A stretch of DNA of 64,000 nucleotides from a bacterium (GTDB taxonomy: Bacteria; Zhuqueibacterota; Zhuqueibacteria; Residuimicrobiales; Krinioviventaceae), in the NCBI GenBank assembly GCA_963674595.2, contig CAXXFV010000006.1, positions 192,001 through 256,000 of the forward strand. Direction: 5' to 3'. Shown here one piece after another: positions 39,884 through 50,585 of this stretch. The number at the start of each line of letters is the position of its first letter. Position 1 is the stretch's first letter. The notes beneath the pieces were generated by a model, which had not been told where the DNA came from, ran no database searches, and saw only the letters and a list, made by a program, of their open reading frames with translations. The translations under genes and the position numbers were made by a program.

Positions 39884-42150
39884 TTAGTTTTGAAAACACA
39901 TTTTGTTTGGTTTGTCTCGCATTTCAAAAATAATTTTTCCGCCTTTGGTTATTTCCGAATGTGTCATCCAGGATTCTGTTAAATTTCTGATAAAATTACC
40001 ATTTGAATCATACAATTTAGCGGATTGTATATAAATATTTTTAGCGGATACATTAGGAGCTTCTATTACAAATGTTTTACCGGTATAAATCTTTCTGTTC
40101 AAATTGATCTCAACTTTTTAAAAATGGGCGCCGTGATTTGATAAACAGGTTGTCCGGGACATATCTGATAAAGTCCGATACTGCTAAGATTGTACCATGC
40201 CGCCATACAACCATAATCACCGTCCATCTCTTCAAGGTAGCCGTCCGGAGTGGTTTTGTAAATACGATCAAAAATAGGTGTTTTGAAAAAGTTATGTGTG
40301 CCGTAGCGTTGGACCATTGGTTCAGTGAGAATTTTCCGTACCCATTTTTGCGTCAACCAGGGTGCGCCGGCAAAATTAAACAAAAAAGGTGTATGCAGGT
40401 CAATTTGGTTGCCGGCTGTATACAGATCATTGTTGAAAAAATAGTCAAGCTTGTTAATGAAATTTTCCCGACCGCCAAAAAGTTCAATCATTCCATTCAC
40501 ATCATGAACCGCGTTCCAGCGCCAGTGCCATTTGCTGCCTTCATAGGTGTATTTTTCACGATTCACCGTAGGATCGTCCGGAAAGTCCAGCCAGGTACCG
40601 TCTGCTGCACGCGCACGATTAAATTTAATGGACGGGTCCCAGGTGTTCTTCCAATATTGGGCGCGTTTCATAAAATAATTATAGTCACTTTCATTACCTA
40701 TACCCCTGGCGGCTTGAGCAACACACCAACTGTCCCAACTGTATTCGCCGGTTTGGTCCGGTCTGGCAGGGATATAACCAATTTTATCATATTTCTCAGG
40801 CATTTGCACCAAAGCTTCCCGCCGCAAATAGGGATAGACAGAGTTCATGTCCACATTATCAATACCTTTCACCCAGGCGTCTGTCATTACCATCAACATG
40901 TGTTCATGTCGACACGTGCCGTAAGGCTGATAACCATTAACACCCCGATTTAAAAACAGGTAGCCGTGTGGAGCGTGGTCACAATCCGGGAAGGGTTTCC
41001 AGTTATCGGCCTGCTGATAAATGTCATAAAGCGAATGATAAACATTTTGGTAAACATCGGGAAAAGCCAGGCTGTAAAGCGGGTATTTGGTGCGAAATGA
41101 ATCCCAAAAGGCATAATCATCAAAATGGATATACCCTTTAGCTTTATGTACTTGTTCATCGAGTCCGGGATACGAACCGTCCACATCTGTAATAATCACC
41201 GGTAAAAAGCATGTATGGTACAAAGCTGTATAAAAAATTGTTTTATACTCTTTATCACCTTCTACCATAATAGTGCTCAATCTGCTGTTCCACTGTTTCT
41301 TTGCATCTTGACGACATTTAATAAAATCCCAATGATCAAGTTCTGCCGCCAGATTAATTTTTGCATTTTCCAGGCTTGTTAATGAAACACCCACCTTCAC
41401 AAGTAAGGGTTGTGTGCTTTTTTCAAATTCGAGAATCAGCCCGCCTTTCCCGTCCAATTTGTCGGTATCGGTCATTTCATTGTTTTGAAAAACAGAAATA
41501 CTTTTTATCGGATCATTAAATTGCATGATAAAATAAGTATTTGATGGACCTCTTTTCAGAAATCCGGACAATTGTGTCGAGTCATCCTGTTCAACATCAA
41601 GTCCACTGGTGCGCTGCCAATTTCCCGGATTGATATATAATTTTCTTGATGAATCGGATGGGAACGTATAACTGTGAAACCCGGCATGAACAGTTGCCGT
41701 CAACTGCACCAAAATATGGTTTTCCAGTTCAACCTCATAATAGCCGGGTTGTGCTTTTTGGTTTTTTTTGTCAAATTTTTCTACTGGATTTGTAAAATCC
41801 ATTTTATTGTTGGCTTTTGTAAATGGAAAGATAGAGAGTAGTCCTGCACGGTCTTTAATGCCGCCACCGCCGGAACTGCCTTTGCGAAAATGACTGAAAC
41901 CGCGAACATGGTCGTCGCTATAGTTGTAACCGCTATGTGCAAAATCTCCATTACCTGTCAGACTGCTGGGCCAGCTATCCGGACCCAGTTTAACCAGTCC
42001 AAATGGTACCAACGCCGAAGGATGCCATTGTCCGTGATCACCCTGGGTGCAAATAAACGGATCGACAAAATCTGCCGGTGTATTATTTGTTTCGAGTGAA
42101 CTACATGCAAAAAACATTAAAAGAACAAATACAGGTAATTTAAATTTCAT
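39884..42150 (-). CDS. GH92 alpha-mannosidase family lipoprotein; -1 frameshift in the T5 run at 40115-40119
   Basis: VDPFICT, VPFGLVKLGPD, FYTALYH, WDSFRT, YEG..W, GNQ..LH, DGDYG.M.AWY. One added A joins the C-terminal ORF (NIYIQSAKL...GG...F.M..KPN). Confidence 0.88.
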
Positions 42151-42254
42151 AGTATACTCGCGATTTTAATATTAACTTGATGATCACATTTTATAAACAA
42201 CAAATAAACTGATTTATTGAATAGGGGATATCTATTCATTATTATTGTCTGTTT

Positions 42255-44204
42255 TTATTTTTTTTTCAAAATAGCAACCCATCCACCGCCATTGGCAAGA
42301 ACCGCCTTAAATGTGTCATCCTTTTTTACAGTAATAGTTGAAAATTTATAATCTTCTGCAAATCTGTCAGCATTACAACCGTCCTGCATAATCTGAGCTG
42401 TGTATTCGCCTTCCGGAATAAAATTCAGGGTTATGTCAAAATCGCGAGGCGTCCAGTCGGTCATGGCTGCAATGTACCAGTTTTCTCCGCTTCTTCTAGC
42501 AACAACCATGTAATCTGAAATTTTTGCTTCCAATACTTTTGTTTCATCCCATATAACCGGAATCTGTGCTATAAAATCGACGGTCTCTTGTTCTCTTTTG
42601 TACCTGCTGGGAGAATCGCACAACATTTGTAATGGACTTTCAAAAATTACATATTTTGATAATTCATGGCATCGGGTGCCTAAACTCATGGGGCGTTGAA
42701 AACAAATGTTAAAATTCTTTTTCTGTGCGTTTTCCATGGACCCCGGTGTATAATCCATCGGACCGGCAACCATTCGTGTAAATGGAATTGTCAGATTATG
42801 GTCCGGTGTTATATCCTTACTCCATTTATTATTCTCGTTTCCTTTAACACCCTCAAATGTAAGCACATTGGGATATTCTCTGTATAACCCGGATGGTTTA
42901 TAGGCACCGTGAAAATCGACTAATAACTGTCTTTTAGCTGCTTCCTGTCCAACTTTTTCATAATAATTGACCATTTGCTGATCGGCGCGCTGCATAAAAT
43001 CGACTTTAATGCCCACAATACCCCAACTTTTGTAAATATCCAGAATTCCGGGTATATCCTGATTCAGCGGTTTCCACAGTACCCATGCAATGATGCCCAC
43101 GCCTTTTTCTTTACCATATTTGACCAGTTCCTCCACATCAAGAATATCACTGGAGCTTTTTATGTCGGTTGTACTTTTTGACCAGCCCTCATCAAGTATA
43201 ATATATTCGATATTGTTTTCTGCTGCAAAGTCGATATAGTATTTATATGTTTGCGTATTCAAACCTGATTTAAAATCGACATTGTATATATTATTGGCAT
43301 TGTACCAATCCCAGGCTATTTGACCCGGTTTTATCCAGCTTGTATCTTTTAACTTGTTTGGACTTGCTAATTGATAAACCAGGGTGCTGGCAAATATATC
43401 TTTATCATCGCCGATAATCAAAACTCTCCAGGGAAAAGTACGATCACCTGTGGTTTTTGCTATATAATCAGCCTCTTTCACAATGACTTCATCCCGGTCT
43501 TCTTTGCCGGCAGCCGGTTGTGTTTCCAGTACATATTTGGGAAACAAGGCGCCAAAAGAATTTTCCCCGGATTTTTCCATGAATAAATTGGGATAATCTT
43601 TGACATCAGATTCTGTGAATAAAACTTTAGTCTTTTTATCGGGTTCCGTTAAAAATGGAAGGGAACAGAATTTATTTTTTTCAATGTCTTTAATACCGGA
43701 ATACTTGTAAACACGTTCATAATGAGAAATAAGCGACTCTTCTTCCGGAAAGTAAACAAATGAACCGTCATTAAAATCCAGATCAACGGTTTCTGATTTT
43801 ATGATGACCTGTTTTTTAATTGATGTAACAAACCTGTAGGCAAAGCCGTTATTATAGACTTTCATTTCAATGGCATAGTTGTTAAAATTTAAGGTCAACA
43901 GGTTGTATTCGTCTGTAATGACTGAAAATTTGGTTGAGAGTGGCGCCTCAATTTTATTTTTAATATATTGTTCAGACTTTGTAACTATCTTTGCATTTTC
44001 ACCGAATACAGTCCCGTCTTCAAGTTCCATTGCCATTTTGACTTTAGTTGCTATGCTGTTATTAAAAGCAACAGAGCATGAAATATCCTTTTCTGTGCTG
44101 ATTGTTACAACCAAATTTTGATCAGGAGATTTCAATTCCAATGGCTGTGCCATTACAGAAATGCCAAGAGCCAGCATTAAAACAGACAAAATTTTACATT
44201 TCAT
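42255..44204 (-). CDS. GH97 glycoside hydrolase
   Basis: RTFPWR, SWIKPG..AWDW, YIDFAA, YIILDEGW, GIKVDF, VDFHG, EGVKGNE, PFTRMVAGPMDYTPG, ESPLQM..DSP, WDET. Confidence 0.93.
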   Translation of the reverse strand: MKCKILSVLMLALGISVMAQPLELKSPDQNLVVTISTEKDISCSVAFNNSIATKVKMAMELEDGTVFGENAKIVTKSEQYIKNKIEAPLSTKFSVITDEYNLLTLNFNNYAIEMKVYNNGFAYRFVTSIKKQVIIKSETVDLDFNDGSFVYFPEEESLISHYERVYKYSGIKDIEKNKFCSLPFLTEPDKKTKVLFTESDVKDYPNLFMEKSGENSFGALFPKYVLETQPAAGKEDRDEVIVKEADYIAKTTGDRTFPWRVLIIGDDKDIFASTLVYQLASPNKLKDTSWIKPGQIAWDWYNANNIYNVDFKSGLNTQTYKYYIDFAAENNIEYIILDEGWSKSTTDIKSSSDILDVEELVKYGKEKGVGIIAWVLWKPLNQDIPGILDIYKSWGIVGIKVDFMQRADQQMVNYYEKVGQEAAKRQLLVDFHGAYKPSGLYREYPNVLTFEGVKGNENNKWSKDITPDHNLTIPFTRMVAGPMDYTPGSMENAQKKNFNICFQRPMSLGTRCHELSKYVIFESPLQMLCDSPSRYKREQETVDFIAQIPVIWDETKVLEAKISDYMVVARRSGENWYIAAMTDWTPRDFDITLNFIPEGEYTAQIMQDGCNADRFAEDYKFSTITVKKDDTFKAVLANGGGWVAILKKK

Positions 44205-45318
44205 TGTTGTTTCCCTTTTCTTTTAAAACAAGTTTTGAAAATTCGCCACGTATTTCAGGATTTTTTCCTCTTACATTGTTTGATAAAATAACGATTAATA
44301 TACCTTTGTCCGGATACCTTTCAATTAACGAACTAAATCCGGGTACACCTCCTGTGTGAAAAGTCCTGAAAACAGAGTCTGATTTTGTGACGTGCCATCC
44401 GTATGCATAGTCTACAAGTTCCGGTGTAAACATTTTATTTTTTGTTTCAGGTGTTATCAGGGTATTATTGAAAAGAGCACGGTCCCAGGCTAAAAGGTCG
44501 TCCAAAGTTGAATAAAGATTGCCTCCGCCGGTGAGGATCGGCATATAAATGTATGGTGCATTACACGTACCTGTGCTGTCTGTTACATAACCCATTGCTC
44601 TGTTTTTCAAAACAGGTTCGGGCTCATCACATCCGGAATTCGGCATTCCGGCTTTATCAAATATTTCTTCTTTTAAAAAGGTACAATAGGATTGACCAGA
44701 TACTTTTTCAATTAATGTAGAAAGAAGAAAATAGCCCACACCGCTGTATTGATATTTTTCTCCTGGTTTGGCAACCAACTCTTGATCGCGGAAGCGATCT
44801 ATCGTTTGATCAATAGAATTATGAAGCATCATTGTTTGTTTAAAGTCTGTCAAAGCCCAGGAATGCATAATTCCCGAAGTATGTGTCAATAATTGGTGAA
44901 CAGTAATATTTTGCCATTTTTTTGGTAAATCCGGTAAATAATTCGAAATTTTGTCGTCTATATTTATCTTACCTTGTTCTACCAGTATCATAACTGCCAT
45001 TGAAGTAAACTGCTTTGTAAGAGAACCAATTCTGAATTTGGTATCGGGTGTATTTTTAACATCTAACTCAAGGTCCGCATGTCCAAAGCTCTTTTTATAA
45101 ATGGGTTTACCATGAATGGCCACAAGAACATTACCACTGAAATTTTTGAGACTGTTAAAATAATAAGTAAAACGGGGGACGTTAATTTCTTTTTGATTAG
45201 AATCAATTTTGTCCCCACCAAAATTACAGCCTGACATTGTCAGGATGATGAGGAGAAGTGTAAATAAAGCAGTTATGTTTCTGATTACAAATCCTTGATG
45301 CAAGTTTTTAAATGGCAT
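44194..45318 (-). CDS. Serine hydrolase, beta-lactamase class C-like family
   Basis: FRIGSLTKQF (SxxK), LLTHTSG, YQYSG.GY, GG.LYST..DL..W, HTGG. ATG at 45318 follows AAAGGA. Confidence 0.85.
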   Translation of the reverse strand: MPFKNLHQGFVIRNITALFTLLLIILTMSGCNFGGDKIDSNQKEINVPRFTYYFNSLKNFSGNVLVAIHGKPIYKKSFGHADLELDVKNTPDTKFRIGSLTKQFTSMAVMILVEQGKINIDDKISNYLPDLPKKWQNITVHQLLTHTSGIMHSWALTDFKQTMMLHNSIDQTIDRFRDQELVAKPGEKYQYSGVGYFLLSTLIEKVSGQSYCTFLKEEIFDKAGMPNSGCDEPEPVLKNRAMGYVTDSTGTCNAPYIYMPILTGGGNLYSTLDDLLAWDRALFNNTLITPETKNKMFTPELVDYAYGWHVTKSDSVFRTFHTGGVPGFSSLIERYPDKGILIVILSNNVRGKNPEIRGEFSKLVLKEKGNNNEM

Positions 45319-45395
45319 ACTATATCCTTTTAATTTATGCACAAGTTAAATGTCTCTCTTTTGAATTTGTTGTTTTTGTAAGAATAACTCGGGTT

Positions 45396-45920
45396 TCATT
45401 TTAGTAAAAGTTGCAGTATTACTGAATTTTCAGTCTGACTGATTTTTTTGAAATTGTTGCGCTCCAATACCCGTATTGAGGATATATTTGTACTTTTTGT
45501 TTCTGCTTTTATTGCTTTAATGTTTTTATTTTCTCTGGTCCATTCAATCAGGCCGGAGATAGTTTCGGTCATATAGCCTTTATTTCGAAATTCTTCGTCG
45601 GTTCCATATCCTATCTCTACCTGTCCATTTTCATCCGGTTCTCCGTGAAAACAAATTCCGCCAATAATGGCTTTATTGCTTTTTTCAATCACTATCCACA
45701 TTGTATAAAATAAAGGATCTTTGTTTTTATCCTCAAGATTGGGCAATAAATCGTTTAAAATAGCTTCCTGCGTTTCTGCATCAACGAGTGCTTTTGATGG
45801 TGCCAGTCCGAGGTCTTTTGCCAACTCGTCCGGCGATTTTATGTGCTTTGTTAATTCATCAAGAGATAACGGTCTTAGTATCAGTCTTTTGGTTTCTATC
45901 ATATTGTTGTTCTTTAGCAT
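45396..45920 (-). CDS. GNAT N-acetyltransferase (RimJ/RimL-like)
   Basis: IETKRLILRP, EIGYG....FRNKGYMTE, N.SS.RVLE.N.F. Confidence 0.88.
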   Translation of the reverse strand: MLKNNNMIETKRLILRPLSLDELTKHIKSPDELAKDLGLAPSKALVDAETQEAILNDLLPNLEDKNKDPLFYTMWIVIEKSNKAIIGGICFHGEPDENGQVEIGYGTDEEFRNKGYMTETISGLIEWTRENKNIKAIKAETKSTNISSIRVLERNNFKKISQTENSVILQLLLK

Positions 45921-45930
45921 TGGAATATAA

Positions 45931-46536
45931 TCAAGTATTTTTGATTGTTTTTACGGCTATAAATTTTGTTATAAAAAATTGAGAAACAATCAAACCCAGA
46001 CCACCTGTAAAAATAATTGCATAAACCATTTCTTTTGTAATTTCAAAACTCAGTCCAAACATTAATTGTATATTTTCCCCGGTGGTGGGGTCAGTTAACG
46101 CGATGAGTGCGGATATATAACAAATTAGTGCCATTATAAACCCGGTAAATAAAGACACCCGGTTTATGATTTTTGTATGTTCATCCGGCTGGATTTTATT
46201 ATACAATATTCTTTTACCATAATAATATCCTGCCGGTATTCCCATTATAATGTTAAATACAGGTACACCCATAAAGAATCCAAAAATACACAGGTTATAA
46301 AAAGTATAAATTAAAAATAAAAACCATAGAGGCAATGAATATCTTTGGGCAATCCAGTTTTTGAAAAATATAAGATTAATAACTAGTCCAAGTAATATAC
46401 CAACGACAGGATAAATGAATACGCTGTTTTCTGATTTATCAAATAAAAACCAAATAACGATTGATAACATAAAAAAGAATATAGGAAATATAGCTCCGAG
46501 GATCAATCCTATAAGCTTTTTTTCAAAATTTCTCAT
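45931..46536 (-). CDS. Hypothetical integral membrane protein
   Basis: About 5-6 hydrophobic segments; motif GFFMGVPVFN. Confidence 0.7.
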   Translation of the reverse strand: MRNFEKKLIGLILGAIFPIFFFMLSIVIWFLFDKSENSVFIYPVVGILLGLVINLIFFKNWIAQRYSLPLWFLFLIYTFYNLCIFGFFMGVPVFNIIMGIPAGYYYGKRILYNKIQPDEHTKIINRVSLFTGFIMALICYISALIALTDPTTGENIQLMFGLSFEITKEMVYAIIFTGGLGLIVSQFFITKFIAVKTIKNT

Positions 46537-46640
46537 ATCCTACCAGGTATATTTTAAATAAGCCAATAATACAGATATTGTAACATTAATTTTTCGTAAA
46601 GTTAAAAGTATATTTTTTATTTGTAAAAAGGCCAAGTCCG

Positions 46641-47621
46641 CTATTTTCTGCGTATATATTGATAAATGATTTCGCCTTCTTTATTGACAAATGTCATGAT
46701 TAATTCCGTTTCCCTGACCGTACAAATTGAAAATCCGGAATCCGTGCTACCGAACAGGGTACCGTCGAAATCATCCACTTTTCTGGTGAGTGAAGCTGAA
46801 CTGTTGACAAAATAATCCACATCAGAGTTGGTAACACGAACATGCTGAAAATTGTGTATATGACCGCAAACAGAAAAATCAACTTTATATTTATCTAAAA
46901 TAGGTTTCAGTCGTGTTTGCAGGTCTGTGCGCTCACTTTTTGATTTGTAGGTTCCTGCATAAACAGGATGATGGCCCATAACAATTTTCCACCCGGCATC
47001 AGAAACACTTAACGTAGAATCGATCCAGCCAAGCTGCTTTTCCATGGATTGTTTTTCTGCATCAGGAAATGTTTTCGGATTTTTTCGATATTTATCGATT
47101 AATGTAGGGGTGTCGATGAACACCATTAATACGTCCACGTTTTTACTAATAGATTTTGTTTTGGCATAATATCGATCATGGAATTCCCAGCGACGACTTG
47201 TTTTTGAATAATCGAGAACAGCCTGTGTGTTACCACGATATTCGTGATTTCCCAAAACAGGATACCAGGGTATCATTAATTTCGGGTGTTTATATATCCA
47301 TTCGAAATTTGTTTGCCAAAGAGGATCATTGACCGATTCAACGCCGTTAAAATGGTGTACGTCACCCAGTGTTGCAACAAAATCCGGTCCTGTGATTGTG
47401 GCAACCACACCCATCATCTCTGCAACAGGTTTTTGATCATAATATCCGTTTCGACCCAAGTCGTTTGCAATTATAAAATTAAAAGGTTTTTTTAAAAGAG
47501 CTAATTGTTCGGCACTTTTGGGTACAACACTTTCGGTTTGACCATAAGAGCATGCTGATAAAAAAACATTAAAAAGTACAACCAGAGTGATAATAGACAT
47601 AAAGAATTTTTTAATGTTCAT
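46641..47621 (-). CDS. Metallophosphoesterase (purple/tartrate-resistant acid phosphatase-like)
   Basis: NDLG, LGDVHH, VLGNHEY, VMGHHP, CGHIH. Confidence 0.9.
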   Translation of the reverse strand: MNIKKFFMSIITLVVLFNVFLSACSYGQTESVVPKSAEQLALLKKPFNFIIANDLGRNGYYDQKPVAEMMGVVATITGPDFVATLGDVHHFNGVESVNDPLWQTNFEWIYKHPKLMIPWYPVLGNHEYRGNTQAVLDYSKTSRRWEFHDRYYAKTKSISKNVDVLMVFIDTPTLIDKYRKNPKTFPDAEKQSMEKQLGWIDSTLSVSDAGWKIVMGHHPVYAGTYKSKSERTDLQTRLKPILDKYKVDFSVCGHIHNFQHVRVTNSDVDYFVNSSASLTRKVDDFDGTLFGSTDSGFSICTVRETELIMTFVNKEGEIIYQYIRRK

Positions 47622-48192
47622 GAATTTCCCTATATGTGTTAATTAAATGTATAAAGTGATTTAATAGTATTATAAATATATAAATTCAAAAAAGATGTTT
47701 TTCATTTTACAAGTTTGTATCAAGTAAGCTCTGTTTGACACTCTGAAAAATACTCTCTGCTAAACGAATGCCGGCGTGATACTTGCGATTTGAGGTATTT
47801 AGAATGAGTACTGCTTTACTCTGGATTGATGTTTGGGATTATAGTGGTTTTATTTTTAACCAGGGAATAAGAATTCTTTATGTCGATTTGAATTCCAGCA
47901 TTCAATTTTGTGCATGGGAAATGATTTAAATACTAACAAAATGTGACCTCAATGTCAAGATAAAATAACCGGGTTAACACTAATTATTTAAAATAGATTT
48001 GCAAAGTATGAGGATTTATCAAGGAAAACCGGATAATCTTTGGCTGGAAAATGAATTAATGAAAACGCTCAGATCAATTAGGCGAATTCAACAATTTGTA
48101 AATAAACGTTGTTTATCATTCAATTTGTATTATATTAAAAACTAATCAAGCATACGTTAATATTATATAATAAACAAAAAGCCGGAATTTTT

Positions 48193-48894
48193 ATGAGTAA
48201 ATATATTGACTTGAAGCAAAAAGTTTTTGAATGTAATATGGAATTACCGCAAAAAAGGGTGGTTATTTACACCTTTGGTAATGTCAGCGCCATAGACCGT
48301 AAAGAAGGTATAATTGCCATTAAACCAAGTGGCGTCAGTTATGAAAAAATGACGGTTAATGATATGGTGATTGTTGACCTGGATGGTAAGGTTGTCGAAG
48401 GCACGTTACGTCCATCATCGGATACGAAAACCCACCTGGTTTTATATAAAAATTTTCCGGACATAGGAGGGGTGGCTCATACTCATTCGACTTATGCTGT
48501 AGCATGGGCACAGGCCGCTAAAGACATCCCTGTGTTGGGAACCACCCATGCAGATCATTTGCATCTAAGCATTCCCTGTACTGAATTTATGTCTGAGGAA
48601 ATGGTTAAAGGTGATTATGAAATCGAAACCGGAAATCAGATCATTGACTGTTTTAAAGATATTTCTCCGGATGAGGTTGAAATGGTCCTTGTTGCCGGAC
48701 ACGGCCCCTTTACCTGGGGAAAAACACCTGAAAAAGCGGTGTATAACAGCGTTGTCCTTGAAGAACTGGCAAAAATGGCTTTTCTGACTTTACAAATAAA
48801 TCCCCAAACCCCGGAGCTGGACCGGCACTTGATTCAAAAACACTATTCCAGGAAACATGGTCCCAATGCCTATTACGGTCAAAAAGAATCGTGA
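48193..48894 (+). CDS. araD: L-ribulose-5-phosphate 4-epimerase
   Basis: TFGNVS, IKPSGV.Y, PSSDT.TH, HTHS..A.AWAQ, GTTHAD, HGPFTWG, HY.RKHG.NAYYGQ. Confidence 0.95.
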   Translation: MSKYIDLKQKVFECNMELPQKRVVIYTFGNVSAIDRKEGIIAIKPSGVSYEKMTVNDMVIVDLDGKVVEGTLRPSSDTKTHLVLYKNFPDIGGVAHTHSTYAVAWAQAAKDIPVLGTTHADHLHLSIPCTEFMSEEMVKGDYEIETGNQIIDCFKDISPDEVEMVLVAGHGPFTWGKTPEKAVYNSVVLEELAKMAFLTLQINPQTPELDRHLIQKHYSRKHGPNAYYGQKES

Positions 48895-48982
48895 GGATTT
48901 ACTAACTTGACATTTAACGCGACCTTGTTTCCGGTCGTTCCTGTTATGAAACTATAACTAATGCCCAATCAGGAGTAACATT

Positions 48983-50482
48983 ATGGATTTAAAACAATTA
49001 AATATTTGGTTTGTTACCGGCAGTCAGAATTTATATGGTCTGGAAATTTTACAACAAGTTTCCGATCATTCCAAAGAAATAGCTTCCTTTTTAAATGTCT
49101 CTCAGGATATTCCTGTTAATATTGTTTGCAAACCCACATTAAAAACAATCGATGAAATTACAAATCTTTGTATTGATGCAAATGCGGATAAAAAATGTAT
49201 CGGCATTATTACCTGGTGTCATACGTTTTCTCCCTCCAAAATGTGGATTAACGGTCTTAAGATTTTAAACAAACCCATACTGCATTTGCACACACAATAT
49301 AACCGGGACATTCCCTGGAACGATATTGATATGAATTTTATGAATTTAAATCAATCCGCTCATGGAGACCGGGAGCATGGTTTTATTATGACACGGCTGC
49401 GTCTTGAACGCAAAGTTGTAGTTGGACATTGGCAGGAACATGATGTGCAACAGCAAATCGGCATCTGGACCCGCAGTGCTGCTGCCTGGTATGATATGCA
49501 AAATATGAAAATCGCCCGTTTTGGTGATAACATGAGAGAAGTGGCCGTAACCGAAGGTGATAAAGTTGAAGCCCAGATTAAGTTCGGTGTTTCCGTCAAC
49601 AGCTATGGAATCGGTGATATTGTAAAAATTATCGACAGCATCAGTGATGCCGAGGTCGATAAGCTCGTTCGGGAATATGATGATCTGTATACGATCTCTC
49701 CTGAAGGACGCGCCGGCGGAGAATATCATGAAAACGTTCGTTACCAGGCGCGAATTGAATTGGGTTTGAAGGAATTTTTAACGGATGGCGGTTTTAGCGC
49801 CTATACCGATACTTTTGAAGACCTTCATGGTATGCAGCAACTTCCCGGACTCGCCACGCAACGATTAATGGATATGGGATTCGGGTTCGGTGCAGAAGGC
49901 GACTGGAAACACGCCGCTATGGTACGTGCTTTAAAAGTAATGGGTACCGGACTTGATGGCGGATGTTCTTTTATGGAAGATTATACCTATCATTTGGATC
50001 CATCCGGGTCCAAGGTTTTGGGTGCTCACATGCTGGAAGTCTGTCCATCTATAGCGGCCGATAAACCACGATTGGAAGTCCATCCCTTGGGTATTGGCGG
50101 CAAAGAAGCCCCGGCACGTCTTGTTTTCGACACGGCCCTTGGTAAAGCCGTTAACGCGAGTTTAATTGATATGGGGAACCGTTTCCGGATGATTGTTAAT
50201 TCGGTTGAATGTGTTAAATCCGAACCTTTGCCCAAATTACCTGTTGCCCGTGTTTTATGGGTTCCTGAACCGGACCTTAAAACCGCTGCTGCATCATGGA
50301 TCTATGCGGGCGGGGCTCACCATACGGCATTCAGTCAAGCCATTACTCCCGAATACATTGAAAATTTTTGTGAAATGGCCGGAATCGAGTACGTCCTTAT
50401 TGATAAAAATAGCAACATCAGCGATCTTAAAAAGGAACTACGCTGGAACGAAGTTTATTATCATCTGGCAAAGGGATTTTAA
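48983..50482 (+). CDS. araA: L-arabinose isomerase
   Basis: [75 protein letters not shown]. Confidence 0.96.
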   Translation: MDLKQLNIWFVTGSQNLYGLEILQQVSDHSKEIASFLNVSQDIPVNIVCKPTLKTIDEITNLCIDANADKKCIGIITWCHTFSPSKMWINGLKILNKPILHLHTQYNRDIPWNDIDMNFMNLNQSAHGDREHGFIMTRLRLERKVVVGHWQEHDVQQQIGIWTRSAAAWYDMQNMKIARFGDNMREVAVTEGDKVEAQIKFGVSVNSYGIGDIVKIIDSISDAEVDKLVREYDDLYTISPEGRAGGEYHENVRYQARIELGLKEFLTDGGFSAYTDTFEDLHGMQQLPGLATQRLMDMGFGFGAEGDWKHAAMVRALKVMGTGLDGGCSFMEDYTYHLDPSGSKVLGAHMLEVCPSIAADKPRLEVHPLGIGGKEAPARLVFDTALGKAVNASLIDMGNRFRMIVNSVECVKSEPLPKLPVARVLWVPEPDLKTAAASWIYAGGAHHTAFSQAITPEYIENFCEMAGIEYVLIDKNSNISDLKKELRWNEVYYHLAKGF

Positions 50483-50530
50483 GTTATATTTTAGGATATT
50501 ATGTGTGGGAGATCATCTATATTTATAATA

Positions 50531-50567
50531 AAAGATGGGCCGAATTATACGGCCCATTTTTGTTTTT
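50531..50567. terminator. Rho-independent (probably bidirectional) terminator between convergent araA and a sulfatase
   Basis: ATGGGCCG / CGGCCCAT stem with an A-run before and a T-run after. Confidence 0.75.
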
Positions 50568-50585
50568 ACTAAAACTTTTCGTCTA

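Noticed and set aside
4479-40119. Programmed ribosomal frameshifting or true pseudogenes
   Set aside because: The indels are mixed +1/-1 events in ordinary homopolymers of unrelated enzyme genes, with no shared slippery site and no other decay. Sequencing error is more parsimonious.
40138-40953. Long antisense ORFs (e.g. 40138-40953, 10844-11569, 8643-9149) and the many 60-140 aa shadow ORFs
   Set aside because: They lie opposite or within well-supported genes and have no recognisable motifs.
39884-42150. Inactive GH92 because of the DGD motif
   Set aside because: D-x-D is compatible with the GH92 metal-ligand/general-base motif.
44194-45318. Antibiotic-resistance beta-lactamase
   Set aside because: It is a generic serine hydrolase (YSG and HTG rather than the AmpC YxN/KTG), and resistance cannot be inferred.
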